A DNA stretch of 64,000 bases from an uncultured Acidobacteriota bacterium (lineage in GTDB: Bacteria > Acidobacteriota > UBA6911), in contig CAWHCF010000001.1 in the NCBI GenBank assembly GCA_963827655.1, forward strand, positions 48,399-112,398, in the 5' to 3' direction. The notes beneath the pieces are model-generated. The model was not told the DNA's origin, ran no database searches, and saw only the letters and a program-made list of their open reading frames with translations. Positions 40,087 to 50,621 of the stretch are shown piece by piece; the first letter of the stretch is position 1, and the number at the start of each line of letters is the position of its first letter. The translations under genes and the position numbers were made by a program.

Positions 40087-41803
40087 ATGAGCCGTGTCCG
40101 TTTGATGGACCCGAACCTGCGCAAGGCGCTGGCGTACGTCTTTCCATATTGGCGCCGCCTGCTCCTGGTCCTGTCGCTGAGCGTGGTCAGCACCGCGCTG
40201 TCACTCTACATTCCCTATCTTTCAAAAGGCCTCGTGGATCAGGCTCTTCTCGGCCGCGACGCAGCGGCGCTGCTTCGCATTGTACTGATGTTCACCGGGA
40301 TAGCCTTGCTCAGCTTCGGGCTGAACCTTCTGAGCGGTCTCAGGTACACGCGAGTTTCGGCCGAGATTCTGTTCGATATGCGACTGGCGCTGTACCAGCA
40401 CCTTCAGCGCCTGTCACCTCGATTCTACGCGCGCACGCGCCTCGGCGATATCGTCTCGCGCATCAACAATGATATCGGCGAAATCCAGCGCATTGCCGCG
40501 GAAACAGCGCTGGCCTGGGCGGGCAACGTGCTCTTTCTGGCCGGCACAATCACCATCATGCTATGGCTCGATGCTCGCCTTTTTTCCCTCAGTGTGGCGC
40601 TGCTGCCTTTCGGCATCTGGACTCTCAGGCGCTACCGCAACCGGCTCTCCGCAGCCGTGTCGATCCTGCGCCAGCGCAGCGCGGATATAGGAAGTTTTCT
40701 TATCGAGACTCTTCAGGGGATGCGGTTGATTGTGACCTCCAATGCGCAGCAGCGGGAGGTTGCGCGCTTCAGAAGCAAGAACGACAGCTTCATCCAGGCG
40801 TTGATGTCGATGCAATTGTCCTCCTATCTGTCCGGCGGAATTCCGGGGCTGATCCTTTCGGGAAGCACCGTGCTCGTTTTCCTGTACGGCGGTCACAGGG
40901 TTATCGAGGGAACCCTCACCATGGGAACTTTCGTAGCCTTCGTCGCTTACCAGATGCGGCTGCTCCCGCCCATCCAGGCGCTCATGGGACTCTACGCCAA
41001 CCTCGCGACTGCCTCGGTATCGCTGCGCCGGATCCATGACATCCTCGACATCGCCCCGGAAGTGAGTGAACGCCCGGATGCCACCACTCTGCGCCAGGTG
41101 CGCGGCGATATCTGTTTCGAAAATGTCACGCTTTCTCACGACCGCGGGGCGCCGGCGCTCGAGAACATCAACTTTTCAGTGCGGAGCGGCGAGCTTCTGG
41201 CGCTGGTCGGCCCGAGTGGCAGCGGGAAATCCACCGTGGCGGATTTGCTCCTGCGCCTTCTTGATCCCGATTCGGGTGTGGTTCGGCTCGACGGGTACGA
41301 CCTGCGCGAACGTCAGCCTCATGGATCTGCGCCGGCACATCGTGCTGGTGGACCAGGCGCCCTTTGTCTTCAACGCTTCGATCGCCGAAAATATCCGCTA
41401 TGCGCGCCCCGAAGCATCCGACCCGGAGGTTGTCGAGGCCGCCCGCGCCGCCGGAATTGACCAGTTCATCCTCAGCCTGCCTGAGAAATATCAGACCCCA
41501 GTGGGAGAACGCGGCCTGGCTCTGTCGGCCGGCGAACGTCAGCGGATAGCGATTGCGCGCGCGTTCCTCGCCAACCCCGCGGTTCTGATCCTGGACGAGC
41601 CCACCGCTGCGCTTGATCCGCTTTCAGAACGCCAGGTTGTGGCCGGATACGAGGCGATCATGCGAGGCCGCACGACCATCCTGATCTCGCATCGCCTGCA
41701 ACTGGCTTCCAGGGCAGATCGGATCGTGGTGCTGGCGGGCGCGAAGATCGCGGAACAAGGAAGGCCGCAGGATTTGCGGTACCTTGGCGCGTTCGTGTCA
41801 TAA
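40087..41803 (+). CDS. qhpF: ABC exporter, fused permease/ATPase, QhpF-like (+1 frameshift near 41308)
   Basis: TM domain, GPSGSGKST, LSAGERQRIAIARA, ILDEPT; split over ORFs 40075 and 41066; qhp context. Confidence 0.8.
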
Positions 41804-41804
41804 G

Positions 41805-42058
41805 GATTGACGATTTACGATTGACGATTGACGATTGGAGCTTGGTGATAGTTGTTCAAACTTCTTCAATAGCCGGATGCAATGATTGCGCAACCAGCAC
41901 TTGACTTCTTTTGACAAACCGGGAGAGTGATTGACGATTTACGATTGACGATTGACGATTGGAGCTTGGTGATAGTTGTTCAAACTTCATTCAATAGCCG
42001 GATGCAATGATTGCTGCAACCAGCACTTCGAACTTCTTTTCGGACAAAACCGGGAGAG
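41805..42058 (+). repeat. Tandem duplication of about 125-130 bp covering a heptamer array and the qhpE start
   Basis: 41805-41928 and 41929-42058 are near-identical; the first copy has several small deletions. Confidence 0.85.
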
Positions 42059-42732
42059 GGATCCGCATCGCCATCGTCGACAGCGGCATTCATGCTGCGC
42101 ACCCGCACGTAGGTGGTGTCGCCGGCGGCATCGGGATTTCTGAGGACGGAGACGAAACCGGCGATTTCCTGGACCGCCTGGGGCATGGAACTGCAGTCGC
42201 CGCGGCTATCCGCGAGAAGGCGCCGGAGGCCGAGCTCTACGCGATCAAAGTGTTCCAGCGCTCGCTCGTTACCAGCGTCGAGAGGCTGGTACAGGCAATC
42301 AATTGGGCGGCGCGCCACGGCATGCAGCTGGTCAATCTGAGCCTCGGCACCGGCAAAACGGAGCATGAGACATCGCTACGGCCAGCGATCGATGCCGCGA
42401 GCCGATGCGGCACCCATCTGGTCGCCGCCTGCGAGAACTCCGGCGCGCGCTGGATGCCCGGTAGTCTGGACGGAGTCGTTCCGGTGGTGCTGGATTGGGA
42501 TTGCCCGCGCGATGAGTATCGCGCCCGCGTGGCGAAAGATGGACGAACCATTTTTGGCGCCTCGGGGTACCCGCGCGACATTCCCGGAGTTTCACGCGAG
42601 CGCAATCTGAAAGGAATCAGTTTTGCGGTCGCGAATATGACCGGATTTGCGGCTCGGGCGCTGGAAGCCCATCCGGGCTCATCGCTCGAGGACCTGGTTC
42701 GGATCCTGGGAAAATCAGGGACATCCCACTAG
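42007..42732 (+). CDS. qhpE: Subtilisin-like S8 leader peptidase, QhpE-like
   Basis: IAIVDSG, GHGTAVA, GISFA catalytic triad; short, no signal peptide; qhp context. Confidence 0.85.
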   Translation: MIAATSTSNFFSDKTGRGIRIAIVDSGIHAAHPHVGGVAGGIGISEDGDETGDFLDRLGHGTAVAAAIREKAPEAELYAIKVFQRSLVTSVERLVQAINWAARHGMQLVNLSLGTGKTEHETSLRPAIDAASRCGTHLVAACENSGARWMPGSLDGVVPVVLDWDCPRDEYRARVAKDGRTIFGASGYPRDIPGVSRERNLKGISFAVANMTGFAARALEAHPGSSLEDLVRILGKSGTSH

Positions 42733-42828
42733 TTTCCCGATTTCTGCCAGAAACGGTAAGCGGGCAGCTCCCTGGTTTCTCTCAATACTTGCAGAAATTG
42801 GGAAACCAGTGGGACGTCCCTGATTCTT

Positions 42829-44061
42829 ATGAGTATGCCTCGGAGAGACTTTCTGAGAGCTGCGGCTCACATCGCGACTGCCTCCGCTGGATTGGCAACG
42901 GCGGCGGAATCGGAACAGCAGCGGCGCATCGGGCGAATTATTCGAGAGTACGATGCCCAGGGCTGGCATCGCACGGGAAGCGAAACCGACAATTCTTCGG
43001 CCGAATGGCTGGCCGGACTGATGCGGTTAAGCGGGCTACAGCCCGTGATGCTCGAACCATTCGCTTTGAGCCGGATTGAGCCTCAGGCGGCATACATAGA
43101 AATCGACGGCCGGCGAATTTCCGGCCTGCCGCTGTTCGACGGCGCCTTCACGGGACCCGAAGGTCTTTACGGGCGTCTGGGACCCCTCGACAGCAACGCC
43201 GAGATTACATTCTGCGAAGTCCCTGCCGCCGGCCCTGCGCCCGAGTTTGAAGTTGCCCGAAGCCGCGGAAAGCAGAAAGCGATTGTGACCGTCACCCGCG
43301 GCCGCCGCCCCGGTCTGGCTCCCAGAAACGCCGAGAAGTTCAGCGCTCCTTCCGGACCGGTTGTCCTGCAGGTGGAAAGCGCAGCCGGAGACTGGCTCGC
43401 GCAGCAGTCCGCAAGCGCCCCCAAGGCGAGGATCGTCGCACAGGTTCGGAGAATCAGCGTGCAGGCCCGCAATGTAATTGGGACACTCCGCGGCAGAAGC
43501 GCAAATCACGCGCCGCTGGTTGTAATGACGCCCCGAAGCGGGTGGTGGAACTGCGCCGGCGAGCGTGGGGGCGGAATTGCCTGCTGGCTCGAGATCATTC
43601 GCGCCCTTGTGGATAGCAATCCAGCGCGCGACGTGCTTTTCGTCGCCACGAGCGGCCACGAACTGGGGCATCTGGGTCTGGAGCAGTTTCTCGAACGGCG
43701 TCCCAGGTTGGCCCGGGGCGCCCTGGCATGGGTTCACCTGGGGGCCTCGATCGGCGCCGCCCAGGAACCCCGTTTGCAATACTTTGCTTCCGATAAGGAG
43801 CTCGAGACGACTGCGGTCGCAGCAATGGAAGTCGCCGGCGCCAGACTGCCGGAGCCGGCTTCCCGCGGGACAGTTCCGCCGGGCGAGGCACGGAACGTTC
43901 ATGAGCTTGGGGGTCGTTACTTTTCGGTATCGGGAGGAAATGCGCTCTTCCACCTGGAGGCGGACCGGTGGCCGGCGGCAGTCGACGTTGGAGCCGTTTC
44001 GCTATACGCAAATGCCTTCGCCAGCCTGACCCTCAGGCTGGCGAAGACCACCAGTGCGTGA
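42829..44061 (+). CDS. Tat-exported M28/PA-like protein with atypical metal-binding motifs
   Basis: PRRDFLR Tat motif; HRTGSE, ARNVIGTL, VMTPRSGWW, TSGHELGHLG, FHLEAD. Confidence 0.65.
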   Translation: MSMPRRDFLRAAAHIATASAGLATAAESEQQRRIGRIIREYDAQGWHRTGSETDNSSAEWLAGLMRLSGLQPVMLEPFALSRIEPQAAYIEIDGRRISGLPLFDGAFTGPEGLYGRLGPLDSNAEITFCEVPAAGPAPEFEVARSRGKQKAIVTVTRGRRPGLAPRNAEKFSAPSGPVVLQVESAAGDWLAQQSASAPKARIVAQVRRISVQARNVIGTLRGRSANHAPLVVMTPRSGWWNCAGERGGGIACWLEIIRALVDSNPARDVLFVATSGHELGHLGLEQFLERRPRLARGALAWVHLGASIGAAQEPRLQYFASDKELETTAVAAMEVAGARLPEPASRGTVPPGEARNVHELGGRYFSVSGGNALFHLEADRWPAAVDVGAVSLYANAFASLTLRLAKTTSA

Positions 44062-44072
44062 AGGAGGGTACG

Positions 44073-44972
44073 ATGAAGATTCTCGTGTCTGGCTCCACCG
44101 GGCTCGTGGGCAAAGCTCTTGTTTCTTCTCTCACGGGAGCAGGGCATCAGGTGACTCGACTGGTTCGCTCCCGCTCCGGCGCCGGTGAGAAAGATATTTA
44201 CTGGGACCCTGCGACCGGCAGCCTGGACTCCAGCCGGCTCGAAGGTCTTGATGGCGTGGTTCATCTCGCCGGTGAGAGCATCGCGGAAGGACGATGGACC
44301 GCTGAGAAGAAAGCTCGCATCCGCAATAGCCGGGTCAAAGGGACACAGCTTCTCGCCGATGCTCTGGCTCAACGAGTGCAGCGGCCCAGGACCTTGATCT
44401 GCGCGTCCGCGATTGGTTATTACGGCGATCGAGGCGCCGAGATTCTTCGCGAAGACAGCAGACCAGGCTCAGGGTTTCTGCCGGATGTCTGTCGTGAGTG
44501 GGAAGCCGCCACAAAGCCGGCGGCCGAGAGCGGAATTCGCGTGGTGAATCTCCGCACGGGGCTGGTTCTGAGTTCTTCCGGCGGCGCACTGCCGAAAATG
44601 CTCCCCCCTTTCAAGCTCGGCGCCGGCGGAAAGCTGGGCACGGGCCAACAGTTCATGAGCTGGATTTCAATCGACGACCTGGTCGGCGCAATCCAGCACG
44701 CGCTCGAGAAGAACAGTCTCAGTGGCCCGGTCAATGCTGTCTCGCCGCATCCTGTCACTAACCTCGAGTTCACCAAGACTCTCGGGCGCGTCCTGTCGCG
44801 GCCCACGATCTTCCCGATGCCGGCTTTCGCCGTTCGATTGATGTTCGGAGAGATGGGCGAGGATCTCTTGCTGGCAAGCGCGCGCGTCGAACCCGCGCGC
44901 CTGGCGGGCTCGGGCTACCTATTCCGCTATCCGGTGCTGGAAGGCGCCCTGCGACACGTGCTGCGGAAATAA
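44073..44972 (+). CDS. TIGR01777 family NAD-dependent epimerase (YfcH-like)
   Basis: ILVSGSTGLVG, VHLAGESI, ASAIGYYGD, GFLPDVCREWE, SWISIDD. Confidence 0.92.
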   Translation: MKILVSGSTGLVGKALVSSLTGAGHQVTRLVRSRSGAGEKDIYWDPATGSLDSSRLEGLDGVVHLAGESIAEGRWTAEKKARIRNSRVKGTQLLADALAQRVQRPRTLICASAIGYYGDRGAEILREDSRPGSGFLPDVCREWEAATKPAAESGIRVVNLRTGLVLSSSGGALPKMLPPFKLGAGGKLGTGQQFMSWISIDDLVGAIQHALEKNSLSGPVNAVSPHPVTNLEFTKTLGRVLSRPTIFPMPAFAVRLMFGEMGEDLLLASARVEPARLAGSGYLFRYPVLEGALRHVLRK

Positions 44973-45010
44973 GACAACCGCCAAGACGCGAAGAAACCGG
45001 AAGGAAGAAA

Positions 45011-45886
45011 TCAGGCGGGAGGGGGGACGACAACCTTTTTGTAAGGGTGTCGTGCGGATATAGCCTCGCTGTACAGGAATACGTTTAGCGCCTGGTCATA
45101 GAGCTCCCGCGTTATGGTTAAATCACCTTGCCAGCATCCGAGCTTCTGGTAGCTCGCAATCGAGCTTGAAAGCGCCTCGAGGTCGATGTTCGGAAATAAG
45201 ACGGCTTCCTTCTCCGCAACCTCGCGCGCAGGCGCTTCGGCTACCCACAACCTCGCTTTTTGGTATGCTCGCGTGAAGGCCGGCGCCATCTCAGTCTGGA
45301 GAAAAGCCTGAGAAGCCATGAGGCTGCTGAAGGCGACGGGAGGCATCGCCTGACCAACCGCAGCCACCACATAGCCGATCCGCTCGATCTCGAGCTGCTG
45401 AGGCGAAGGTCCCTGCTGATGGACATAGTCTCCGCGACCGCCACGAAACACTGCGTCAATCTCCTCCACGCCTCCCGCATCAATCACGTTGATCCTGTTC
45501 CATTCCACTCCCTGGCAGTGCGCGGCGTACTTCAGCATGATCAGCGGCTGCCCACCATGATCCGCCAGCAGCGACTTCCCTTCCAGCTTCTTCCAGTTAA
45601 ATGCCGGATCCCGTTCGCGTCCGGCCAGGAAGAAACCATCGCGCTGGTTAATCTGGGCAAAATGGACCGGCAGATCCTTCTCGCCCTTTTCCATCGGTCC
45701 CCAGTTCGAGCCGACGGCCGCTTGAACCACGTCCACTTCTCCCTTCCGGATGAGGTCGCGGGCCGTCTGATCTTTGCCGAGCACGCTGTATGCAGGCTCC
45801 AGTCCCTCTTCAACCAGGAAACCGGCGGTGACCGCGGCAATCAGAGGTGAGTAAAAGCTTGAATGGCGTGAAACCAGAATTCTCAT
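45011..45886 (-). CDS. NMT1/THI5-like substrate-binding-fold protein without signal peptide
   Basis: HSSFYSPL, INQRDGFFLAGR, FNWKKLEGK, GGQP, GDYVH. Confidence 0.7.
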   Translation of the reverse strand: MRILVSRHSSFYSPLIAAVTAGFLVEEGLEPAYSVLGKDQTARDLIRKGEVDVVQAAVGSNWGPMEKGEKDLPVHFAQINQRDGFFLAGRERDPAFNWKKLEGKSLLADHGGQPLIMLKYAAHCQGVEWNRINVIDAGGVEEIDAVFRGGRGDYVHQQGPSPQQLEIERIGYVVAAVGQAMPPVAFSSLMASQAFLQTEMAPAFTRAYQKARLWVAEAPAREVAEKEAVLFPNIDLEALSSSIASYQKLGCWQGDLTITRELYDQALNVFLYSEAISARHPYKKVVVPPPA

Positions 45887-46041
45887 GATTGACGATTGAC
45901 GATTGACGATTGACGATTTCCAACTAAGAACGAATCTTTCGATCGGGATTCCGTCGATTGACGATTATTGACGATTGACGGCGGAGCAATCGTGACTGGT
46001 AAATCGTCAATCGTCAATCGTAAATCGTAAATCGTCAATCG
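45887..46041. repeat. Inverted heptamer arrays (GATTGAC)n ... (AATCGTC)n
   Basis: Fill the whole gap between the GMC stop and the next ATG. Confidence 0.9.
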
Positions 46042-47742
46042 TTAAAGGTTGCCTTTGCGCATTTCTTCAGCGATGTAGGCACAGGCTCGGGCCGTCAGTG
46101 CCATCATCGTGATCGTGGGATTGACGCATCCCGATGAGGTGAAGCTCGCTCCGTCCGTAACGAAAACGTTCTTCACCTCCCACATTTGATTCCACTTGTT
46201 GAGCATCGAGGTCTTGGGATCACTCCCCATGCGACAAGTTCCGATTTCGTGGATGCACACGCCGGGAGCCGCCAGCTTGCGGTTTTCATAGGTAATCTGC
46301 ACTCCGGCGGCATGCAGCATTTCTTTTGCCGACTCGAAGATGTCCTCGGCCATTTTCAACTCATTCTCGGAGTGGGAGCAGACGATGTGCAAAGCTGGAA
46401 CTCCCCAGCGGTCGAAAATGTCTTTGTTCAACGCCACGTAGTTTTCACGCCGGGCCAGCATCTCGCCCCATCCCCCGATGCCCACAGAGTAAGGCCAGTT
46501 ATTCTTGACCGCCTTCTTGAACTCCGCACCGAAGCCGGCAGTATTCCGAGCATGGCCGGGAAACATCCCGCGGGTGCCGCTCCCCTGGTAGCCCCAGCCT
46601 CGAATATAATCCTTGCGCCGGCTGGTGAGATTGCGAAATCGCGGGATATAGATGCCGTTTGCCCGCCCGTCGTCCCAGCTTGTGACCGGACCCTTCCCTA
46701 CCTCGAGGATTCCTCCCGCCCCTACCCGGATAGTGTGGTCCATCAGGTAGCGCCCCAGCACATCATGCGAATTCCCCAGTCCTTCAGGGTGGACGCGCGA
46801 CCTGGAGTTCAGTAGCAGGCGCGTGGACTCCAGAGTGGAAGCACACAACACCAGCACCTTGCCGAATACCTCCCGGCCGGCTCGTGTTTCCCGATCGAAA
46901 TAATGGACTCCGCGAGCCTTGCCATTCTTGTCCACGACGATGTGACTGGCGACGGCATTGCCAATCAGAGTCATTCGACCTGTCGCTTCGGCCGCGGGAA
47001 GAGTCGAAACCGGACTGGAATAGTACGACCCAGTGGTGCATCCGCGCGAACAGTGGCCGCACCAATGACACTTGAGACGCCCCTTGTGATTCTGGGTGAG
47101 AATCGCGGAACGGCCGATAGTGAGGCGCCGATCGCCAAACCGGTCCACCGCTTTCTTGAGGATCCTCTCCGCGCAGGTGAGATTCATACCCGGAAGAAAC
47201 TTTCCGTCGGGCAGCTGGGGAAGATTTTCCGCGCTGCCGCTCACCCCTATGAAGCTTTCCACCTTGTCGTAGTAGGGCGCCAGGTCGGCATAGCCAAGCG
47301 GCCAGTCTTCACCGTAACCGTCGTGCGACGCAGCCTTGAAATCGTAATCGCTCATCCGATACGACTGGCGTCCCCATACGATCGACCTTCCTCCCACCTG
47401 ACGGGAGCGCACCCAATCAAAGGGCTTGTCGGGCGGCGTGGTGTAGGGATGCTCCGCGTCCATGACATACATATGGCGGTTATATTCATTGGCCACGGTG
47501 ATGGAGCTGAGCTGTTCCCGCGCGATCACGCCCGGTTGCCCGAATCCACGAAACGGCAGATCGAAGGGCCATTTGTGCTCGGTGAAATCTTTTTCCGGGT
47601 CGAGTTTGCGCCCCGCTTCCAGCACGGCCACTGAAAGGCCGGCTTCGCACAACTCCTTCGCCGCCATCCCGCCGGTGGCGCCGGATCCAACAATGATCGC
47701 GTCATAGATTTTGGTTGCCACGTTGATCACCTCGATCTCCAA
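46042..47742 (-). CDS. GMC family oxidoreductase
   Basis: IVGSGATGG, VGGRSIVWGRQSYR, CHWCGHCSRGC, HEIGTCRMG, NPTITMMAL. Confidence 0.92.
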   Translation of the reverse strand: MEIEVINVATKIYDAIIVGSGATGGMAAKELCEAGLSVAVLEAGRKLDPEKDFTEHKWPFDLPFRGFGQPGVIAREQLSSITVANEYNRHMYVMDAEHPYTTPPDKPFDWVRSRQVGGRSIVWGRQSYRMSDYDFKAASHDGYGEDWPLGYADLAPYYDKVESFIGVSGSAENLPQLPDGKFLPGMNLTCAERILKKAVDRFGDRRLTIGRSAILTQNHKGRLKCHWCGHCSRGCTTGSYYSSPVSTLPAAEATGRMTLIGNAVASHIVVDKNGKARGVHYFDRETRAGREVFGKVLVLCASTLESTRLLLNSRSRVHPEGLGNSHDVLGRYLMDHTIRVGAGGILEVGKGPVTSWDDGRANGIYIPRFRNLTSRRKDYIRGWGYQGSGTRGMFPGHARNTAGFGAEFKKAVKNNWPYSVGIGGWGEMLARRENYVALNKDIFDRWGVPALHIVCSHSENELKMAEDIFESAKEMLHAAGVQITYENRKLAAPGVCIHEIGTCRMGSDPKTSMLNKWNQMWEVKNVFVTDGASFTSSGCVNPTITMMALTARACAYIAEEMRKGNL

Positions 47743-47747
47743 CCAGA

Positions 47748-49751
47748 TTAAAGATGCCTGGGCGCGGCCAGGGCGTTGACGATCGCCTCGACATCGTAGA
47801 CGCAGCCGCCCCAGGTCCCGCCACCGACTCCTTGCAAGGCGGCCCAGAGCCGTGTATCGACCGGAAGATCCAGGTCTGCAGCGAGATCGTCTCTCGGGGC
47901 GCGGCGCGCCAGGACTCGAGTGCCCTCCTCAGGTCCAAAGATGGCGTCTCCTGCGCCCACCAGATCGACGCTTCCATCCAGGCGTTTCCGGTCGACGACA
48001 ATCTGGATCCGATCCCCTTCAAGTACCTTGCCGATCGGTCCGCCAGCCAGCGCTTCCGGACCGATATGCCCGATGCAGGCACCGGTCGAAACCCCCGAGA
48101 AACGGGCGTCGGTCAAGACCGCCACCTCTCGACCCCAGGGGAGATGCTTCAAGGCCGCGGTGATTTCGAAGATCTCTTCCATTCCCGCGCCGATCGGACC
48201 GCGACAGATGAGCACCAGGATATCGCCCGAGCGAATACGTTCCGGTCCCTGACTCTTGATGGCGCGGATGGCTTCTCGCTCGGTGGTAAAGACCCGGGCC
48301 GGTCCAATCTTGCGATAGACTCCGTCGTCATCCACGACTCGAGGGTCGATCGCCGTGCTCTTGATCACCGAGCCTTCAGGCGCCAGATTTCCGCGCGGGA
48401 ACGTCACCGTGCTGGTCAGACCTCGCTCCGAGGCGCGCTCCGCACTCATGATGACGTCGTCCGGATCGACCCCATCGCGCCGGCGGAGTTGATCGCGCAC
48501 CTTGCTCCGGCGCTCCGAGGTTTCCCACCAGTCCAGCATGCGGCCGATTGTTTCTCCCGAGGCGGTCAAACAATCCTCCTTCAGCAACGCCATCCGGCGA
48601 AGGTGCAGCATCACTTCCGGGACGCCACCGGCAAGAAACACCTGCACGGTCGGATGATTTCTGGGACCATTGGGAAGGGCATCCACCAGGCGGGGAACGC
48701 TCCGGTTGATCTCGATCCATTCATCGATCCTGGGTCTGGGAAGACCGGCCGCGTGCGCGATGGCCGGGATGTGAAGCAGCAGGTTGGTCGATCCGCCGAA
48801 GGCGGCATGAACCACCATGGCATTCCGAATCGAATCCGGGGTCACGATATCGCGCATTGTGAGGCCGCGCGCCTCCAGGAGAGTCAAAGCGCCCGCGGAG
48901 CGTCGGGCCATGTCCAGCCATATCGGATGTCCTGACGGCGCAAGGGCGGAATGCGGCAGCGCCATTCCCAGCGCCTCACCCACGACTTGCGAGGTCGCGG
49001 CGGTCCCGAGAAACTGACACCCGCCGCCAGGCGAGGCGCACGCCCGGCAGCCAAGATCCGACGCCTCCTGCAAGCTGAGCAGGCCGTGGGCGAACCTGGC
49101 GCCGATCGATTGAATCATGCCGGCGTCCTCCCCTTGCTCAGCCAGCAGTGTCACCCCGCCGGGAATCAGGACGGACGGGAGATCCGGATTGCCGGCCAGC
49201 GCCATCATCATGGCGGGCAGACCCTTGTCGCAAGTGGCCACGCCCAGAACGCCCCGGCGAGTAGGCAAAGAGCGAATCAGGCGGCGAAAAACCTGCGCCG
49301 CATCATTGCGGTACGGAAGGCTGTCCATCATACCTTTCGTCCCCTGGGTCCGGCCGTCGCACGGATCGGTACAGAACCCGGCAAAGGGGATGAAACCGCG
49401 CTCCTTGAGCTCCTCGGCAGCCGCTTGCATCAAAAGCCCCACCTCCCAGTGACCGGTGTGATAGCCCAGGGCAACCGGTTTCCCATCCGGCGCGCGTATC
49501 CCTCCCTGAGTACTCAGGATCAAGAATTCTTTTCTCCCGAGTTCGGCAGGGTTCCATCCCATCCCGGCATCGAGGGTCAAGCCGAACAGGTCGCCGCTCG
49601 GCCTCTCGAGAAGCATCTCGCCGGTAAGAGGCAAGCTCCCTTCCGGTCCGCGAGATTTGGTGACCACATCACACAGGCTATCGCGCCCCGAAGGGAGGAT
49701 TTCTTCGAGGCCGGCAACTCGGCCAGCTTGATTTTCTCTTGGATTAAGCAT
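47748..49751 (-). CDS. yagF: YjhG/YagF family D-xylonate dehydratase
   Basis: [50 protein letters not shown]. Confidence 0.9.
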   Translation of the reverse strand: MLNPRENQAGRVAGLEEILPSGRDSLCDVVTKSRGPEGSLPLTGEMLLERPSGDLFGLTLDAGMGWNPAELGRKEFLILSTQGGIRAPDGKPVALGYHTGHWEVGLLMQAAAEELKERGFIPFAGFCTDPCDGRTQGTKGMMDSLPYRNDAAQVFRRLIRSLPTRRGVLGVATCDKGLPAMMMALAGNPDLPSVLIPGGVTLLAEQGEDAGMIQSIGARFAHGLLSLQEASDLGCRACASPGGGCQFLGTAATSQVVGEALGMALPHSALAPSGHPIWLDMARRSAGALTLLEARGLTMRDIVTPDSIRNAMVVHAAFGGSTNLLLHIPAIAHAAGLPRPRIDEWIEINRSVPRLVDALPNGPRNHPTVQVFLAGGVPEVMLHLRRMALLKEDCLTASGETIGRMLDWWETSERRSKVRDQLRRRDGVDPDDVIMSAERASERGLTSTVTFPRGNLAPEGSVIKSTAIDPRVVDDDGVYRKIGPARVFTTEREAIRAIKSQGPERIRSGDILVLICRGPIGAGMEEIFEITAALKHLPWGREVAVLTDARFSGVSTGACIGHIGPEALAGGPIGKVLEGDRIQIVVDRKRLDGSVDLVGAGDAIFGPEEGTRVLARRAPRDDLAADLDLPVDTRLWAALQGVGGGTWGGCVYDVEAIVNALAAPRHL

Positions 49752-49755
49752 TCGA

Positions 49756-50505
49756 TCATCCTTCGAAGGTTGCGACTACGGGTGCATGATCGCTGGTGCC
49801 GACTTGCGCCAGAACGGCGCAGAGCGCCACGCGCCGGGCCAGGGATTCGCTGGCCAGAATGTAATCGAGCCGCCAGCCGATGTTGCGCTGGCGTAAATTG
49901 CGCCAGGGCGCCCACCAGGTGAAGAGCTGATCGTTGTGCGGGTCCAGAGCCCGTCCGACGTCAACCAACCCTTTGCCTATAATGCGCTCGAGAAGGTCTC
50001 GTTCCTCGGGAAGCTGCCCGATGCAATTCGCCTTTCTCTCTTTTGGATGCACGTCCATGTCGGTCCGAGCGATGTTCATGTCGCCGCAAAGCAGAAGCTC
50101 ACGCCCGGCCGCATGGGACTCTTCCACGTATTCTTCCATGGCTTGCAGAAATTTCATTTTCGCGGGAAAGTCCTTCCCCCCATTGGGCACATAAATGGAA
50201 GCCACGGTCAGGTTCCCGATGTCGACCGACGCGATTCGGTTCTCATAGTCGAAAGAGGGGTGCCTGAACTCAGGTTTTTCGGTGCGCAAGTCTTTGCGAA
50301 TGTGCAAGCCTACTCCGGAATATGCCCTCTCGCCATGCCAGTAGCACCAGTACCCTTCCATTTCGCAGAGTGCAGCCGGCACTTGATCGGCCGACGCCTT
50401 GATTTCCTGAAGGCAGATGAACTCGGGCCGGTCGCGTTCCACCAATTCCCGCACCTGCGACTCCCGCGCTCGAATGCCGTTCACATTCCAGGTAGCGATT
50501 TTCAT
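49756..50505 (-). CDS. xth: Exodeoxyribonuclease III
   Basis: [34 protein letters not shown]. Confidence 0.93.
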   Translation of the reverse strand: MKIATWNVNGIRARESQVRELVERDRPEFICLQEIKASADQVPAALCEMEGYWCYWHGERAYSGVGLHIRKDLRTEKPEFRHPSFDYENRIASVDIGNLTVASIYVPNGGKDFPAKMKFLQAMEEYVEESHAAGRELLLCGDMNIARTDMDVHPKERKANCIGQLPEERDLLERIIGKGLVDVGRALDPHNDQLFTWWAPWRNLRQRNIGWRLDYILASESLARRVALCAVLAQVGTSDHAPVVATFEG

Positions 50506-50621
50506 TTCGTCCAGATACTTTTACCAGTGATAAGAGACAAGTGACAAGGATCTTGGCGTCTTGGAGGTCTGCTGTTTTCGTCTCTTTACCGCAAAGTCGT
50601 CATGACGCTAAGATCATTCCG

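Noticed and set aside
45887-46041. Possible CRISPR array (also the other heptamer arrays)
   Set aside because: Units are 7 nt in tandem with no unique spacers, and there are no cas genes.
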